DNA of 64,000 bases from NCBI RefSeq assembly GCF_009914755.1, contig NC_060938.1, one strand, 5' to 3'. The notes below the pieces were generated by a model, which worked only from the letters and a program-made list of their open reading frames with translations, had not been told where the DNA came from and did not search any database. Source of the stretch: the human T2T-CHM13v2.0 reference genome, Homo sapiens. The position numbers and the translations under genes are program-made. Position 1 is the first letter of the stretch; each line of letters opens with the position of its first letter. Of the stretch, positions 11,857-26,710 are shown in pieces.

Positions 11857-13528
11857 CTCACTATACAGGCAGATTTTGATTTTGAGAATGGTGCTATAAA
11901 TTTCAGGACTGTGCAAGGCTCCTTTATGCTTTAGATTATGTGTTAAGCCTCATTGTTTACTTATGTTTACCTCTTGCCTGTGCCCTTTGAGAAACAGTAG
12001 TTACAGCATAATTATCACATTCTCCTGCTTTTCAACTTTTGGCATGATGAAGTTGTAGTGAGTGCACTTTCTTCCGGGAGAATAAAACTTTTGCCTCTTC
12101 TCTTGCAATTTGAAAAAAAAAAAAAACTAAATACAAGCAAAACAAAGCAGAGGGAAAAAATTGAGCGAGTTGCTCTTGCTCTGAAAAATATGCTCCAATA
12201 GAGAATTTTTTAATTTTAAAAAAATTGTTATCAGGTGAAAATAACACACTTGAGTAAACATTTATGTATATTTTCATAGTGTTCTGGCTTATTCCCCTTC
12301 ATGTACCTTGCAGGCAGTTAAAAAAAACTATAAATCATAAATAAGGAATAAAATAAACTCCATGAAAGTCTCTGATTACTCCATGACTGAAATCCAGCTT
12401 AGCAATCATTTCCTTTTCTTCTCAGTATATTTCTATAAACAATCCAAAGCAAACCTGTAGGATTTATAAAATGCATTTGATATAAGTGAAAGTAGAACTA
12501 TCACAGCACTAGCAAGAAATTAATTCGTATTTCCCTCTGGAAAAAAAAAAAGGTGTGCTGGAAACACAACATATCTTAAGGAGAAACACCATGGAAGAAT
12601 TTAAAATAGCTTGAGATAAATGACATAGAGTGTTTCTAGGGCTATGAAATAAACTAGACAATCATGAACTAAACATTTTAACATTCTTTTCTACCATTGA
12701 TTCTTGTGTAAACGTGGGGATATCATTTTACTCTGGTGTCTTTAATGATAAAAGTGATTAAATGAGCAAGAGCCACACAAACTGAAGGACTGACAAAAAT
12801 TAATCTATCAGACACCGAAATGTGTAGTTTTGTCTGAGAAAGGCATCCTGAAAATAGTCTATCACAGCTATAGAGCCTTCATATCCTAACTGGAACCACC
12901 AAAGATCATACAATAGAACCTAATTCTTTCCTTCATTTAGATTTACTCAAAATAGTTACTTTATTATTCTTATTTATCCTAGTTTAACAGAGAAAAGTCT
13001 AGATTCCTTCTGTTAGAGAATCTTCTAGATATCTTTACTTCTACATAATTTTTCTATGACTAAACCTACATACATCTCATCCATTATGGATATTCACTCT
13101 CCAAATGTAATACAAAAAAAACAAGTGATTTGTAAATCACGACTCTGGATTATAACCTTATAAAAACTTTATTGAATATTAATCAAATATACATATAATT
13201 TTAAGTGTATTAGAAATACATAAGAATGCCTGATAATGCAAGATGATCCTGATGCTTGTAGAAATATTATTTCAAATAAAATGTAGTCATTGCCAAAAAA
13301 GTATTTTAGAAGTAACCTAATACTGGCTCTATTTTTAAAAAGTAAGGTGAGACGTCATGAGTGAGTTCACAGAAAAGTGGAAACTAATATCTATTTTTCT
13401 CAAATGTGTGAGACAAAGCCACCAGAAACTATGTTCGTGGCTAAGATTAGCCATTGTAATAAGGCACAAGGTAATACTGTTATATGCTGTCACCGTGTTC
13501 CAATATATAATATGTTCTAATTCAGTAG

Positions 13529-13826
<298 letters not shown>

Positions 13827-13832
13827 AGAGTG

Positions 13833-14281
13833 CATAGCAGTATTATTCACAACAGCCAAAAAGTAGGAGAAACCCGTTTCTATCCAGCAAAATGTGGTAT
13901 ATACCTACAATGGAATGCTATTCAATCTTAGAAAGAAAATTCTGACATATGCTATAACAGGATAAACCTTAAGGACATTATTCTAAGTGAAATAAGATAG
14001 CCACAAAATGTCAAATCCATTTATGTGAGATAGCTAGAGTCGTTAAATTTACAGAGACAGAAAGCAGAATGGTGGTTGCTAGAGACTGGGGGCAGGAGAA
14101 AATGGGGAGTTATTTAATGGGTATAGAGTTTCATTTTTGCAAGATAAAAAGAGTTCTGGAAATTGGTTGCACAATAATGCGAATGGACTTAATACTATTG
14201 AACTGTATACTTAAAAATGATTAAGATGGTAAATTTATGTTATTTATATTTTATCACAATTAAAAATAAAAATAGAAAAAA
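13833..14281 (+). mobile_element. L1MB 3' end
   Basis: GACAGAAAGCAGAATGGTGGTTGC...GAACTGTATACTTAAAAATGATTAAGATGGTAAATTT and A tail. Confidence 0.9.
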
Positions 14282-17200
14282 TTAAAATTTCAGTATAAAC
14301 ATGTATTCAGTTTTTGGTAAATAGACTTTCTCTGAACTATGCTGCATTCTCATAAAGAGGTGGTCTGTCCCCTGCATTCATTCATGTTTACAAACTTTTA
14401 TTAAAATGAAATGAATGGCACACATACAAGTGCAGCAAGGAGGTAGCTTCTCTCTACATTTAGAAAGTTCATATGTATCAAATTTAAGGTCAATATTTTT
14501 TTGCGTCATGTTGCAGAAATGCCCCTGCCCTTGTTCTTCCTCCAGTAATCACATTCTTATAATTATAGTGAATTTGAATGGAAGACACCTTAGAGATCAG
14601 CTAGTTTTTCCTCTCTCCACTCTTTTTGAGTGTCTCTTTGCTGCTGCTCCGTGATCAGTGCTTGAGATTCAGCTTTGAAAGGAGTCCTGCCTCCATCCAG
14701 ACTCTTTTTTCCTCTCTGGCTGGTATTTAGGGTGTTGATGAATTTTCCCATCCTCAAAGACAGAAGAAAAGAGAGGTAATAGCATGATAAAAGGAGATTG
14801 GATATGAAAGCCAGAATATAGGACTCAGAAAGAAATTGTCAGGTAATTGTTCTTTTGTTTCAGAGTCATACAGAATTATTGTAAATAGCAGAAAAGCAAT
14901 AGAAAAGAGGTATATGTTTATGTTTCTCCTGTCACCACTACAAATGCCCTGCTGATGTTAAAAGGACTAAGAGAAAAACATTAAAAGAATTATTGAGACA
15001 GGTCATATTCTTCAAAGAAAGGTACACAAACACAGAGAAAATAGGATTCATACAAGATATTATGTATCACACAAGGTAAATGGCATTGGATAAGAGTGTA
15101 AGCAGCCAGGGTAAGCTTCTGCCCCTTTGCATATTAAGAAAACAAAAGTTCCAATCTAAGTAACATGTGGACAGCAAAAATATTACTGCATATAAGCACC
15201 TGTCATGGGATAGGTGAATGTTCCTATAGTTTCCTTTAAAATGTCATGCAAATATTAGTCCTGTTTTTTGTGAGTCCCCTTTCCCTGCCCTGTGTCACCT
15301 CTTCCCATAGCTCTACATTTAAAATTCATCTGGTAACTATTCTTACCCAAGATTTTCCTTACTGACATTTGGCCGCCTGCATGCCTCTAAGTGAAAATGC
15401 GAACTTAGCACTGCATGGGTTTGTACAGATTCTCTGCTTGAGTCGCTAGTCCCTGTATCGTTGTCTCTCTCTCTCTCTTTCTCCCTTCACCCGCACTCTC
15501 TCTGTGCATGTCTCTCTCTTGTTCTCTCTTTATCCACTCAACCTGAACTCTTCCAAGTCCTAGGCTTTATTACTGACATTTTGTCGCTACCTCAGAATGT
15601 ATACCTGAGTCTTCATGTTCTCAAAATTATACATCTTGCCATATTAGATATTCTTTGCTCTCCTACAATTGCTCTCCAACTGCTTTCCACTTACCTAAAT
15701 GAGTTTGTCTTTGTTTACTGTTCAACTCTCTGAAGCTCATGTCATCATGACTTTAGTCAGTTGGAGGATTGTCATTTACAAGTCAAGAAGCCAGTAGAAT
15801 CCGTTAGGAATTTTGTTTTTATTATTGTTTTCATTTCCCCTTCTCTTCCTCCACATAAGATATGGAAGCTTATACTAGAAAAAGAAGTTTTGCAAACAGG
15901 TAACACGCATTCCTAACTAGTAGATCTGTGCCATTCTTCTCGTCCCCTTTATAGTGCATTTTCTCCTTTTCTTTTACCTGACATGGTCTTCAAATAATTT
16001 CACACTGTTGCTTTTCCATACACCAGCCATGGGAGACTGTCCCAAGGTTTACAACAATCTCTTATACGGCAGGATATTTATATTTTCTGATTTAAATGAA
16101 AGTTCCAGGGCCCCATTAGACACCAATAAGTCATTTTTAAAACACAAATTTTTATGTATAACACATACAGGCTTTGTTCTTCAACTCCAGTTCCACTGTC
16201 TATTGCTATTATGGGACTAATCTCAAGAAGTAGCTGTTTAAGACTTAAACAAGAACGTCTTGAGAGTAAAATATCAACCTCTCTAATAATTAAGGAGCCA
16301 GGATTCACTCTCCCTAGAACAAGTCCGGAAGATTTAGGGTCAGGCTGAAGCAACAGGGACAGTTGTTACAGATTTTCTCTCTAGGATGTTATGACCATAG
16401 GTCAGTTGGTGAACTCTCTGGCCTCTATAGCTTCACCTGCTTTATGAAGTTTATAGTTATAAGGTGTCATATTCTAGGGAGAATTTATAATTCCAGTGAA
16501 AGAAATAGGTGCATCACCAGCTTTGTAGACTGGGCACATTATATCAAGTGTTTTTTAAGCATAATTATGCTTCAATGCATATGTCTGTGTCTTGCAGTGT
16601 GCATAGTTACTATAATTTGAATTGTACTATATATCTATATAGGTCAATTGATACATAGGTATTGGCAAAAATAAAATAAATGTCCTCATTCATATGCCAT
16701 TCAAGGCCACCATTCTTTCAACATAAATGAGTCTTATGCCTTGGAAAGTATAATACAAATCCTCTTAGAGTCTGATGTTTTCTCTTGCTTGTCCCTTTGG
16801 CCCAAGTCCAATCCCATAAAATAGTCATCAAAACATAATAAGCTACAATGCTAGGCCGTATTCAGAATATTATAAGATTTTATTCGAGAGTTCTAATTTC
16901 TCTGCAGTCACACTTCGTACACACACATTATTTTCAAAATTAGTGGTAACCCTGGGAAAGAAAAATGTATTATTGGAGAGATTTAGATGGATGTTAGGAA
17001 TAGCATAATGATGCTAGCATAGTCAAATTCTTCTAGAAACAGAATGGACAACTTCAATTTAATTTCACTCATTTCAAAATAACCTTATATTAATCTCTAA
17101 ATGTTCAGTTCAGTCATATAGCAACTAATCTCGAAATGCTCGACCTCATGAAGTTTTCAATTAAAAGAACTTCCCTTTTTCTTTTTGTTACTGAAAAAAT

Positions 17201-17449
17201 CTCATAATTTCAAGTTTCCCCAGGCTTACTACAAATTCTGCAGTACAGTATGCATACTGAGTGCTGATGCAGAGGGATTAGAGCTCTGAATTGCTAGTAG
17301 TTACCAAGTTGTGCTTTGCCTTTCACATAATACCCTTTCAATAAATGCTTCTTGTTAAATTATACTGTGCACATATACTATTCCAAAAACTGGAATAATG
17401 GGAAAATTTTAAAATGCACATATTTAATTATTAACACACATAACGCATT

Positions 17450-17717
<268 letters not shown>

Positions 17718-19159
17718 TTAAAAATTTATACAAGAACTAATTTAATATTTGAATCACATTTATCGTTTTGTTAATTTTTATAACAGGTTCTGTCTAATGT
17801 TGCATAAGGATTAAGAATATAAACTTTGAGGTCAGACATAGCAAGATATGAAAACAGCCCTGACACTGCTTATTCACTATGAGTATATTAAACATCTTCA
17901 ATCCTCCAACTTTTATTTTTCTGTCTCTAAAGTGAGAATAACAATATGATATATCAGGTTTAATTTTGTAAATGTCAAACTGGATTAGGTATGTAAGGCC
18001 TCCAGTTAACTATATTTTATGTGGTAAGATCCAAATTATCATCACATATATATTTATAATATATATTATATAAGAGCCCAAGTATTATATAACTTTTTAA
18101 AATTTCTTTGTTCTTTTTCCCTTGTCTTTGTGTCGTAAAAATTACTAAGAAACTCTAGAATAGATACTTTTGACATTTTTCATGCTAATAAGCACTTGAA
18201 TTTATCAAGAAAATCTGACAGAGGCTTCCATTCCTCTAAGGCATGCTGTTGGAACCATAGGAAGATGCCATGAAATCTCAACAATATTAAACACATAATC
18301 AAAACCAGAAACTCTTTAACTTTTTAGAAAAGTATTGACATCATCTTAGAGTTTGCATGTAAAAGACAATACAGTATAGTAAAAAGAATACAGTTTGGGA
18401 TTAACATAGGCTAAGTTTTAAATATCAATTTCAGCAAGAAGTATATGCTTTGAAAAATTAGCTAAGTCTGTTTCTTCACTAGTTAAATGTGGAAGACAAT
18501 TATATCTCATTAACTGATATCCAGATTAAATGTAGGCTTTTAGTAAAGTGTCTGGCACTTAGTAGATATTCAATAAAGATAGCTACTAATATAATAGTAT
18601 TATACGTAAGAAAAGAGATATTAAAAAGAATATTTCAAGCTACTTGGAGTAATGGTATATATGGTTTCATGATAATACCTAAAAGATAATAAAAGATAAA
18701 AGCATTAAAATAAGTAAAACAATTCCTACATTTATTTTAAAAAAAAAAGAACAACTAAGAAAAACAGTAAAAGCAGGAAGTCTTGGTAGAATTTCATTTT
18801 CCTAGTATGCCAACAAGAAATAAATTCAGTAGCATATAACTGCAAATAGAGAATTATGGTCATATATGTTAAAAGAGTAATGATGTAGATATTAAAGTTA
18901 GAATGAACTTAGACTCGCAAAAAAAAAAAAAAAAAAAAAAAAACCGTTAAGGACCCAGAATGATTTGTGTGAGCATGTGTGTATATGTGGATTTATGCGT
19001 GGTTTCCAAATAGGAAGCAACTCCCTGATGGCTAACTGCCTGGAAAAGTTCAATGGCAGAAAACTAACCTCTCCAACTGATTTATATCTTTTCAGTAAAG
19101 GCAAGTGACGTTTTAAATCAGGAGATTAGAATATCCAATACCAGAATTTTTAAAAGTCC

Positions 19160-20020
19160 TCACAATGTAGGAGAAGATTGAACAGAGCCTGAGAGACATA
19201 TGGGACACTATGAAGCTCACCGGCATAAATGTAGCAGGGTTACCAGTTTGCTGATTTTTCTGCCTGATCAAACCTACTGCTGAGCCCCCTAGTGAAATTT
19301 TAAAACATTAGTTTTTACAAATACTTTTTCTTGCCCCTTCATCTCTCTTCTCCTTCTGTTACTCAAATATTGGTGCACTTTATAATGCCTCACATTTTTG
19401 CGAGGTTTTATTTTTTCTTTATTCTTTTTTCTGGTTTTTTTTTTTAAGGAAATTTCATTTTGTTGTTGTTGTTTTTTCAGACAGGGTCTCATTCTGTTCA
19501 ACCAGGCTGGAGTACAGTGACACAATCTCGGCTCACTACAATCTCTGCCTCCTGCCAGGCTCTAGAGATCCTCCCACCTCAACCTCATGAGTGGCTGGGA
19601 CTACAGGTGTGGGCCATGATGCCCAGGTAAATTTTGTATTTTTTGTATGTTTTGCCATGTTGTCCAGACTGGTCTCGAACTCCTAAACTTCATCAATGCA
19701 CCCACCTGAGCCCCCCAAAGTGCTGGGATTACAGGCAAGAGCCACTGTACCCATCCTCTCTCTGCTCTTAAGACTGTATAATCTCTATTAATCTATATCA
19801 AATTTGCTGATTGTCTCTTTTGTCACCACAAACTATCATTGAGCACTTCAAGTGAATTTTTCATTTTGATTATGTATTTTTCAATTCCAGGATTTTCATC
19901 TGGTTATTTTTACAGTCTCTATATTGGCATTTCTATCAGATAAGATATAAACATCATACTTTAGTTTTTGAATGTGTTCTCATTTAAGTCTTTGAACATA
20001 TTTTTAATAGCTGCTTTTAA
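19160..20020. mobile_element. Old L1M ORF1 fragments in mixed orientation
   Basis: Plus piece GAACAGAGCCTGAGAGACATATGGGACAC then minus pieces TTTGCTGATT...AGTGAATTTTTCATT. Confidence 0.6.
19458..19755 (-). mobile_element. AluJ
   Basis: AGACAGGGTCTC, GATCCTCCCACCTCA J-type diagnostics. Confidence 0.9.
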
Positions 20021-20039
20021 AAAAATTAACAAAGTAGAT

Positions 20040-21812
20040 CTTTTTATTTTTATTAATTGACAAATAAAAATTGTGTATATTTGTAATATACATCATGATA
20101 TTTTAATATATGTCTACTGTGGAATGGCTAAATTAAGCTAATGAATATATCCATAATCTCACATACTTACCTTTTTATGGCAATGACATTTGAAATCTAT
20201 TCTTTTAGCAATTTTCAAGTATACAAAACATTGTTATTAACTGTAGTCACTATATTGTTTAGCAGATATCCTGAACATATTTCTTTTGTATAACTGAAAT
20301 TTTGTATCCTTTAAGCAACATTTCAGTCATTGGTAAGCACCATTCTACTATCCACCTCTATGAGATCAATTTTTATACACTCACACTTAAGTGAGATCAT
20401 GTAGTATTTGTTTTTTGTGTGTCTGACTTATTTCATGTAACATAATGTCCTCCAGGTTCATTTATGTTGTGGCAATTGACAGGATTTCCTCCTTCTTTAA
20501 GGCTTAATAGTATTTCATTGTATGTATGTACTACATCACCTTTATCCATTCTTCCACTGTTGAACACTTAGGTTGACTCCAAATCTTGGCTCTTTTGAAT
20601 AATGCTGCAATGAACATGGGTGTACAGATATTTCTCTGGAATACTAATTTCAATTCCTATGGATATATATATATACTCAGCAGGGGGTTGCTGAATCATA
20701 TGATAGTTCTATTTTTAATCCAGTGGGATGCCTCCATACTGTTCTTCATAATGACCTTAATAAATTATATTCCCACCAAGAGTGGACAAGTGTTCTCTTT
20801 TTTCCATGCCCTCTCCAATACTTGTTCTCCAATGTCTTTATGATCATAGACATCCCAACAGATGTGAATTGATATCTCATCATGGTTTTAGTATGTACTT
20901 CCATGATGATTAGTGGTGTTGAGCATTTTTTCATAAACCTTTTGGCCACTTGTGTGTCTTCTTTTGAGAAATGTTTATTCAGGTACTTTGCCCATTTTTT
21001 AATTGGGTTATTTGTTTTTTGCTATGAGTTGAGTTTCTTATATATTTTGGATATTAACTCCTTATTAGATGTGTGTGGTTTAAGAATATTTTCTCCCATT
21101 CTGTAGGTTGTCTCTTCAGTTCGTTGATTGTTTCCTTTGGTGGATAGAAGATTTTTAGTTTGACACAATTTTATTTGGTGATTCCCTGCTTCTCTTGACC
21201 ATGCTTTTGGAATCATGTTGAAAAATATTGTTGTTCAGATGTCATGGAATTTTCCTCTGTTTACTTCTACATTTAAATGTAACATATGAACCTGTAAAAC
21301 ATATCCATTTTGAGTTGATTTTTGTGCATCGAGTGGTATAATGGTCTAATTTCATTCTTCTGCATGTGGATATCCAGTGTTCCCACCACAATTTATTGTC
21401 CTTTCTTCACTGTGTGTTCTTGGTGACCTTGTTGCAAATCTGATGACTACAAACTTGTGGATTTATTTGTCGGTGCTCTATTTTGTTCCACTGGTCTCTG
21501 TGTTTCTTTTTTCGGTCAGTACCATGTTCTTTTGATTACTATATCTCTATAGTAAGTTTTGAGATCAGGTAGTGTGATTCCTCCACCTTTACTCTTTTTA
21601 TAAAAGATTGCTTTGGCTACTAAGGGTCTTTTGTAGTGCCATACAAATTTTAGGATTATTTTTTCTTTATCTCTGACAACTTACCTTCGAATTTTATTAA
21701 GGATTACACTGGATCTGTAGATCATTTTGGATTGTATGGACATTTAACCAATATTAATTCTTTCAATCCATGAACACATGATATCTTTGTATTTATTTCT
21801 TCTTCAGTTTAT
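20040..21812 (-). mobile_element. L1MA 3' part
   Basis: ATTGACAAATAAAAATTGTGTATATTT 3' end; ORF 20746-20949 is a degenerate ORF2 C-terminus. Confidence 0.9.
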
Positions 21813-23219
21813 TAATTTTTAAAATAATTTCTACTTTTATTTTAGATTCAGGGGTAGATGTGCAGGTTTGCTATGTGGGTACATTGTGTGATGTTGAGGT
21901 TTGGGATATGATAGATCCTGTAACTCATGTAGTGAGCATAGTACCCAATAGTTAGATTTTCAACACTTGTCACTCTCCCTCCCTTCCTGATCTAGGAGCT
22001 CCCAGTGTACATTGTTGCCATCTTTATGTCCATGATTACCCAATGCTTAGCTCCCACTTATAGGTCAGGCCATGCAGAATTTTGTTTTCTTTTCCTGAAT
22101 TAATTCACTTGGAATGCATCCATGTTCCACTCCAGCTGCATGTTCCACTCCACGTTGCTTCGAAGAACATGATTTCATTCTTTTTTATGGCTGTGTGGTA
22201 TTTAATAGTGTATGTGTACCACATTTTCTTTATCCAATCCACCATCTATGGGCACCTAGATTTATTCCATGTCTTTGCTAGTGTGAGTAGTGCTGCAATA
22301 AACATATGAATGTCTGTGTCTTTTTGGTAAAATAATTTATTATTACTATTGGATATATACCCAGAAGTGGAATTGCTGGGTTGAATGGTAGTTCTGTTGT
22401 AACTTCTTTAAGAAATCTCCAAACTGCTTTTCACAGGGACCAAACTGATTTACATTCCCACCAACTGTATAAACATTCCCTTTTCTCTACAGCCTCACCA
22501 ACATCTGCTGTTTTTTAATGCTGGGTGATGCTGGTATCAGGCTTCATAGAATGATTTAGTAAGAAGTCCCTTCTTTATTTTCTGGAATAGTTTCAGTAGA
22601 ATTGGTACCAGCTTCTCTTTGTACATCTCTACCAGACTTTGGCTTTGAATTCATTTGGTCTAGTGCTTTTATTAGTTGGTAGGTCTTTTATTACTGATTC
22701 AATTTTGAAACTCAGTATTGGTCTATACTGAAAACCTGCATTCAGTATAGGGTTTCCATTTCTTCTCATTCAATCTTGGAAGATCGTGTGTTTCCAGGAA
22801 TTTATTCGTGTTTAGTTTGTGTGCATAGAGGTGTTCGTCATAGTTTCTGAGGTTCTTTTTTGTTTCCGTGGAATCAGTTGTAATGACACTTTTGTCATTC
22901 CTAATTGTGCTTATTTAGATCTCTTTTTTTTTTCTTTGTTATCTAGCTAGCAGTTTATCAATCTCATTTATGCTTTCAAGAAACCAAGTTTTGGTTTCAT
23001 TAATTCTTTGTATGGGTCTCAAATTCATTCAGTTCTGCTCTGATTTTAGTTATTTCTTTTCTTCCGTTAGCGTTGGAATTAGTTTGTTCTTGTTGTTCTA
23101 GTTCCTCTAGGCATGTTTTTAGATTGTTATTTTGAGATCTTTCTTTTTTGAAGTGCGTGTTTAGTGCTACAAACTTTTTTCTTAACTTTGCTTTTGCTGC
23201 ATCACAGAGATTTTGGTAG

Positions 23220-23580
<361 letters not shown>

Positions 23581-25062
23581 GAGGTTTTTTTTTTTTTGAA
23601 AGATCTCTTTGGTATTAATTTCTATTTTTATTCCACTGTGGTGTAAGAGTATAATTGGTATAATTTGATTTTTTTGAATTTGTTGAGGTTTGCTTTATGG
23701 CTGAGCATGCAGTCAATCTTACAGTCTATTCTGTGTGTAGAAGGGAAGAATGTACATTCTGTGCTTGATCAATGGAGAGCTCTGTAGATGTCTATTAGGT
23801 CTGATTGCTCAAGTGTCTAATTCAATCCCAAATATCTTTGTTGATTTTCTACCTTAATGATCTCTTTAATGCTCTCAACAGCGTGTTGAAGTCCCCTACT
23901 TTTATTGTGTGGCTATCTAACTATTTCCCTTGGTCTAGAAGTACTTGTTTTATGAATCTAGGTGCTCCAATGTAGGGCACATATATATTTAATATAATTA
24001 AGTCTTGTTGAATTGAACCCTTTATTATTTAGTACTATTCTTTGTCCTTTTTTACTGTTGTTGGTTTAAGGTCTTTTACCTGATGTCAAAATAGTGATTT
24101 CACTCTTTTTTCCAGCTGCATGATAGATCTTTCTTCAACTCTTTCCTTTGAACCAGTGGGTGTCATTACATGTGAGATGAATCTCTTGAAGAGAGCAGAC
24201 AAAAGGGTCTTCTTTATCATAACCAACTTGCCACTCCGTGTCTTTTATGTGGGGTATGTAGACCATTTATATTCAATATTAATACTAATATGTGAGGTTT
24301 TGATCCTACCATGAAGTTGTTAGCTGGTTGCTTTGTAGCTTGTATTCTGCAGTCCCTTTATAAGGTTTGGGGGCTATATACTTAAATGTGTTTTTGTGGT
24401 AGTAGGTATCGTTCCTGTTTCCATGCCTAGGACTCCCTTAAGGATCTCTTATAAGCTTCCCCTAGTGGTAACAAATTCCCTTAACACTTGCTTGTCTGGA
24501 AACAATTACTTTTTTCTCCTTTACTTTCACAGCTTAACTTGGCAGTGTGTGAAATTGTTTATTGGAATTCCTTTTATTAGAGAATGCTGGAAATAGGCCC
24601 CCAATCTGTCCTGGCCTGTAAGGTTTCTGCCAAGAAGGCTGATGTTATCCTGATGGGGTTCACTTTGTATGTGATCTAGCTACCTTTAAGATTTTTTCTT
24701 TAGCATCAATATTAGACAGTCTGGTAACTATAGGCCTTGGTGATATTCGTTTTGTATAGTGTCTCACAGGTGTTCTCCTCTGGAAATTTTGTATCTAAAT
24801 GTTTACCTCTCTAGCAAAATTAGGAAATTTTTTTGAATTATTCCCTCAAATATGTTTTCTAGGTTGTTTACTTTTCTCTTTCTCTCTTAGTAGTGCCAAT
24901 AATTCATAGGTTTGGTCACTTTCCATAATCCCATATTTCTTGAATATTGTGTTCACTTTTTTAACTTTTTTTTCTTTGTTTTTATCTGACTGGGTTAGTT
25001 CAGAAGACCTTTCTTCAAGCTCTGAAATTCATTCTTCTGCCTGGTCTAGTCTATTGATAAAG

Positions 25063-25397
25063 TTTTTTGTTTGTTTGTTTGTTTGTCTGTTTGTTTTTTG
25101 AGAAAGGGTCTCATTCTGTTGCCCAGACTGGCATGCAGTGGCATGATCACAGCTCACTGCAGCCTTGACCGGATCTCCCTGACCTCCCAGGATCAGGTGA
25201 TTCTGCCACCTTAGTCTCTCATGTAGCTGGGACCACAGGCATATGCCACCACTCTTAGCTAATTTTTTTTTTTTTTTTTTTTTGGAGAGACAAGGTTTTG
25301 TCATGTTGCCAAGGCTAGTCTCAAACTCCTGAGTTCAAGCAGTACACCCATCTTCGACCTCCCATAGTGTTGAGATTATAAGCCACCACGCCTGGCC
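25063..25397 (-). mobile_element. AluJ inside L1
   Basis: (TTTG)n tail, ATCACAGCTCACTGCAGCCTTGACC. Confidence 0.9.
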
Positions 25398-26189
25398 AAT
25401 TGTATTTTGAAATTCCTTAAATGAGACTTTCAATTTCAGAAGCTCTGATTGGTTTCTTTTTTTAAAGATGTTTGTCTCTTCCTTCATCTTCTGGATTGCT
25501 TTAGAAGTTTCTTTGTGTTGATTTTCAACTTTGCACTGGATTTCATTGAGCTTCTTTGCAATCCATGCTTTGAGTTCCTTATCTCATTTCCAAGTTCCCA
25601 TTTTGGTTAGGGACCATTGCTGGAGAGCTAGTGTGATCCTTTGCTGGTGTCACTGCATTAAGATTTTTCATGGTGCCAGAATTCATGTGCTGGTTCCTTC
25701 TCATCAGTAGATGCTGGCACTTCTAATTTTTGTAATTACTTTCCGGCAAGTATGATTTTTTTTTCCTTCTTTTCCAATAAAGTTTTTTTCTTTCCCTTTC
25801 CCTTTCCCCTCCTCTTTAGAGAGTGGGACTGTAGAGAATGTTTGGCGGTGTCTTTTGGCTTTGCTTATATAGCCCTATACACTTGTCAGCTTTATATTGG
25901 TCTGTGCAGTTTAACCTACAAGCCAGTAGATGGAGCTTAGAGGTAAGAGCCAGCTGTGGCCAATAGAACTGGGTATATACTTGATCCTTGTTTACTGGGA
26001 TAAGCTCTCTGTTGCCCCAGGCAATAAGCTGATCTGTGAAGTGTACAGTGGTCTGAGCTCCCTGCTCAGCCCTAGGGGTTGGGGGACAAGGTAGGTGCTG
26101 CCAGATCAGGCAGATCCACCTCAGGTCCCCATATGGCTAGCACAAGCACCAGTGCCAAGAGACAATCCAGTGGGTGGCCAGCAAGGACC

Positions 26190-26710
26190 CAGAGGTGTGC
26201 CTAGGTGTGAAGCTGAGAAACTGCTTCAGCCACAAGTTTTCTGCAAGGGGAAGGGAAGCAGCCTAAACTCCTAATCCAGCAGAGTGAGTGTTCCAGATGC
26301 CAGAAAATCTGCCTGGGCATGGTGTATAGTGAACCCCATTGCACCACAATCTCTGCACAACAAGGGTTGGGTGGCTCAGGCTGCTGTTCCCAGTGAACAG
26401 GTGTTCTGGCTGCCTGGAGATCTGCCTGGGTGTGGAGTGTAGACGGCCCAACTTCACCAAGATCTCTACACAAGATGGGTAGAGTAGCTGAAGCTGCTGA
26501 TCTGGGCAAGCAGACTTGCCCGGACTTCCTGGAGATCTGCCTGGGCACAGAACATAGTGGACCCCCTGCACCAAGATCTCTGCACAGAAGGGGTGGAGAA
26601 ACTCAGGCTGCTTGCCCAAGTAAGTAGATGGTCCAAAAGCCTGGAGTTCTGCCTGGGGATGGCGCAGAGAGGGCCCCGCTGTATGACAATCTTAGGGGAG
26701 CAGGCTGGGG
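26190..26710. repeat. Degenerate ~113-bp tandem array in L1 5'UTR (4-5 units)
   Basis: GAGATCTGCCTGGG-like anchors near 26192, 26303, 26416, 26531, 26643. Confidence 0.85.

Noticed and set aside
26190-26710. Regularly spaced repeats as a CRISPR-like array, and the overlapping ORFs as a gene
   Set aside because: Whole units are homologous with no unique spacers, and they lie in an L1 5'UTR of a primate genome
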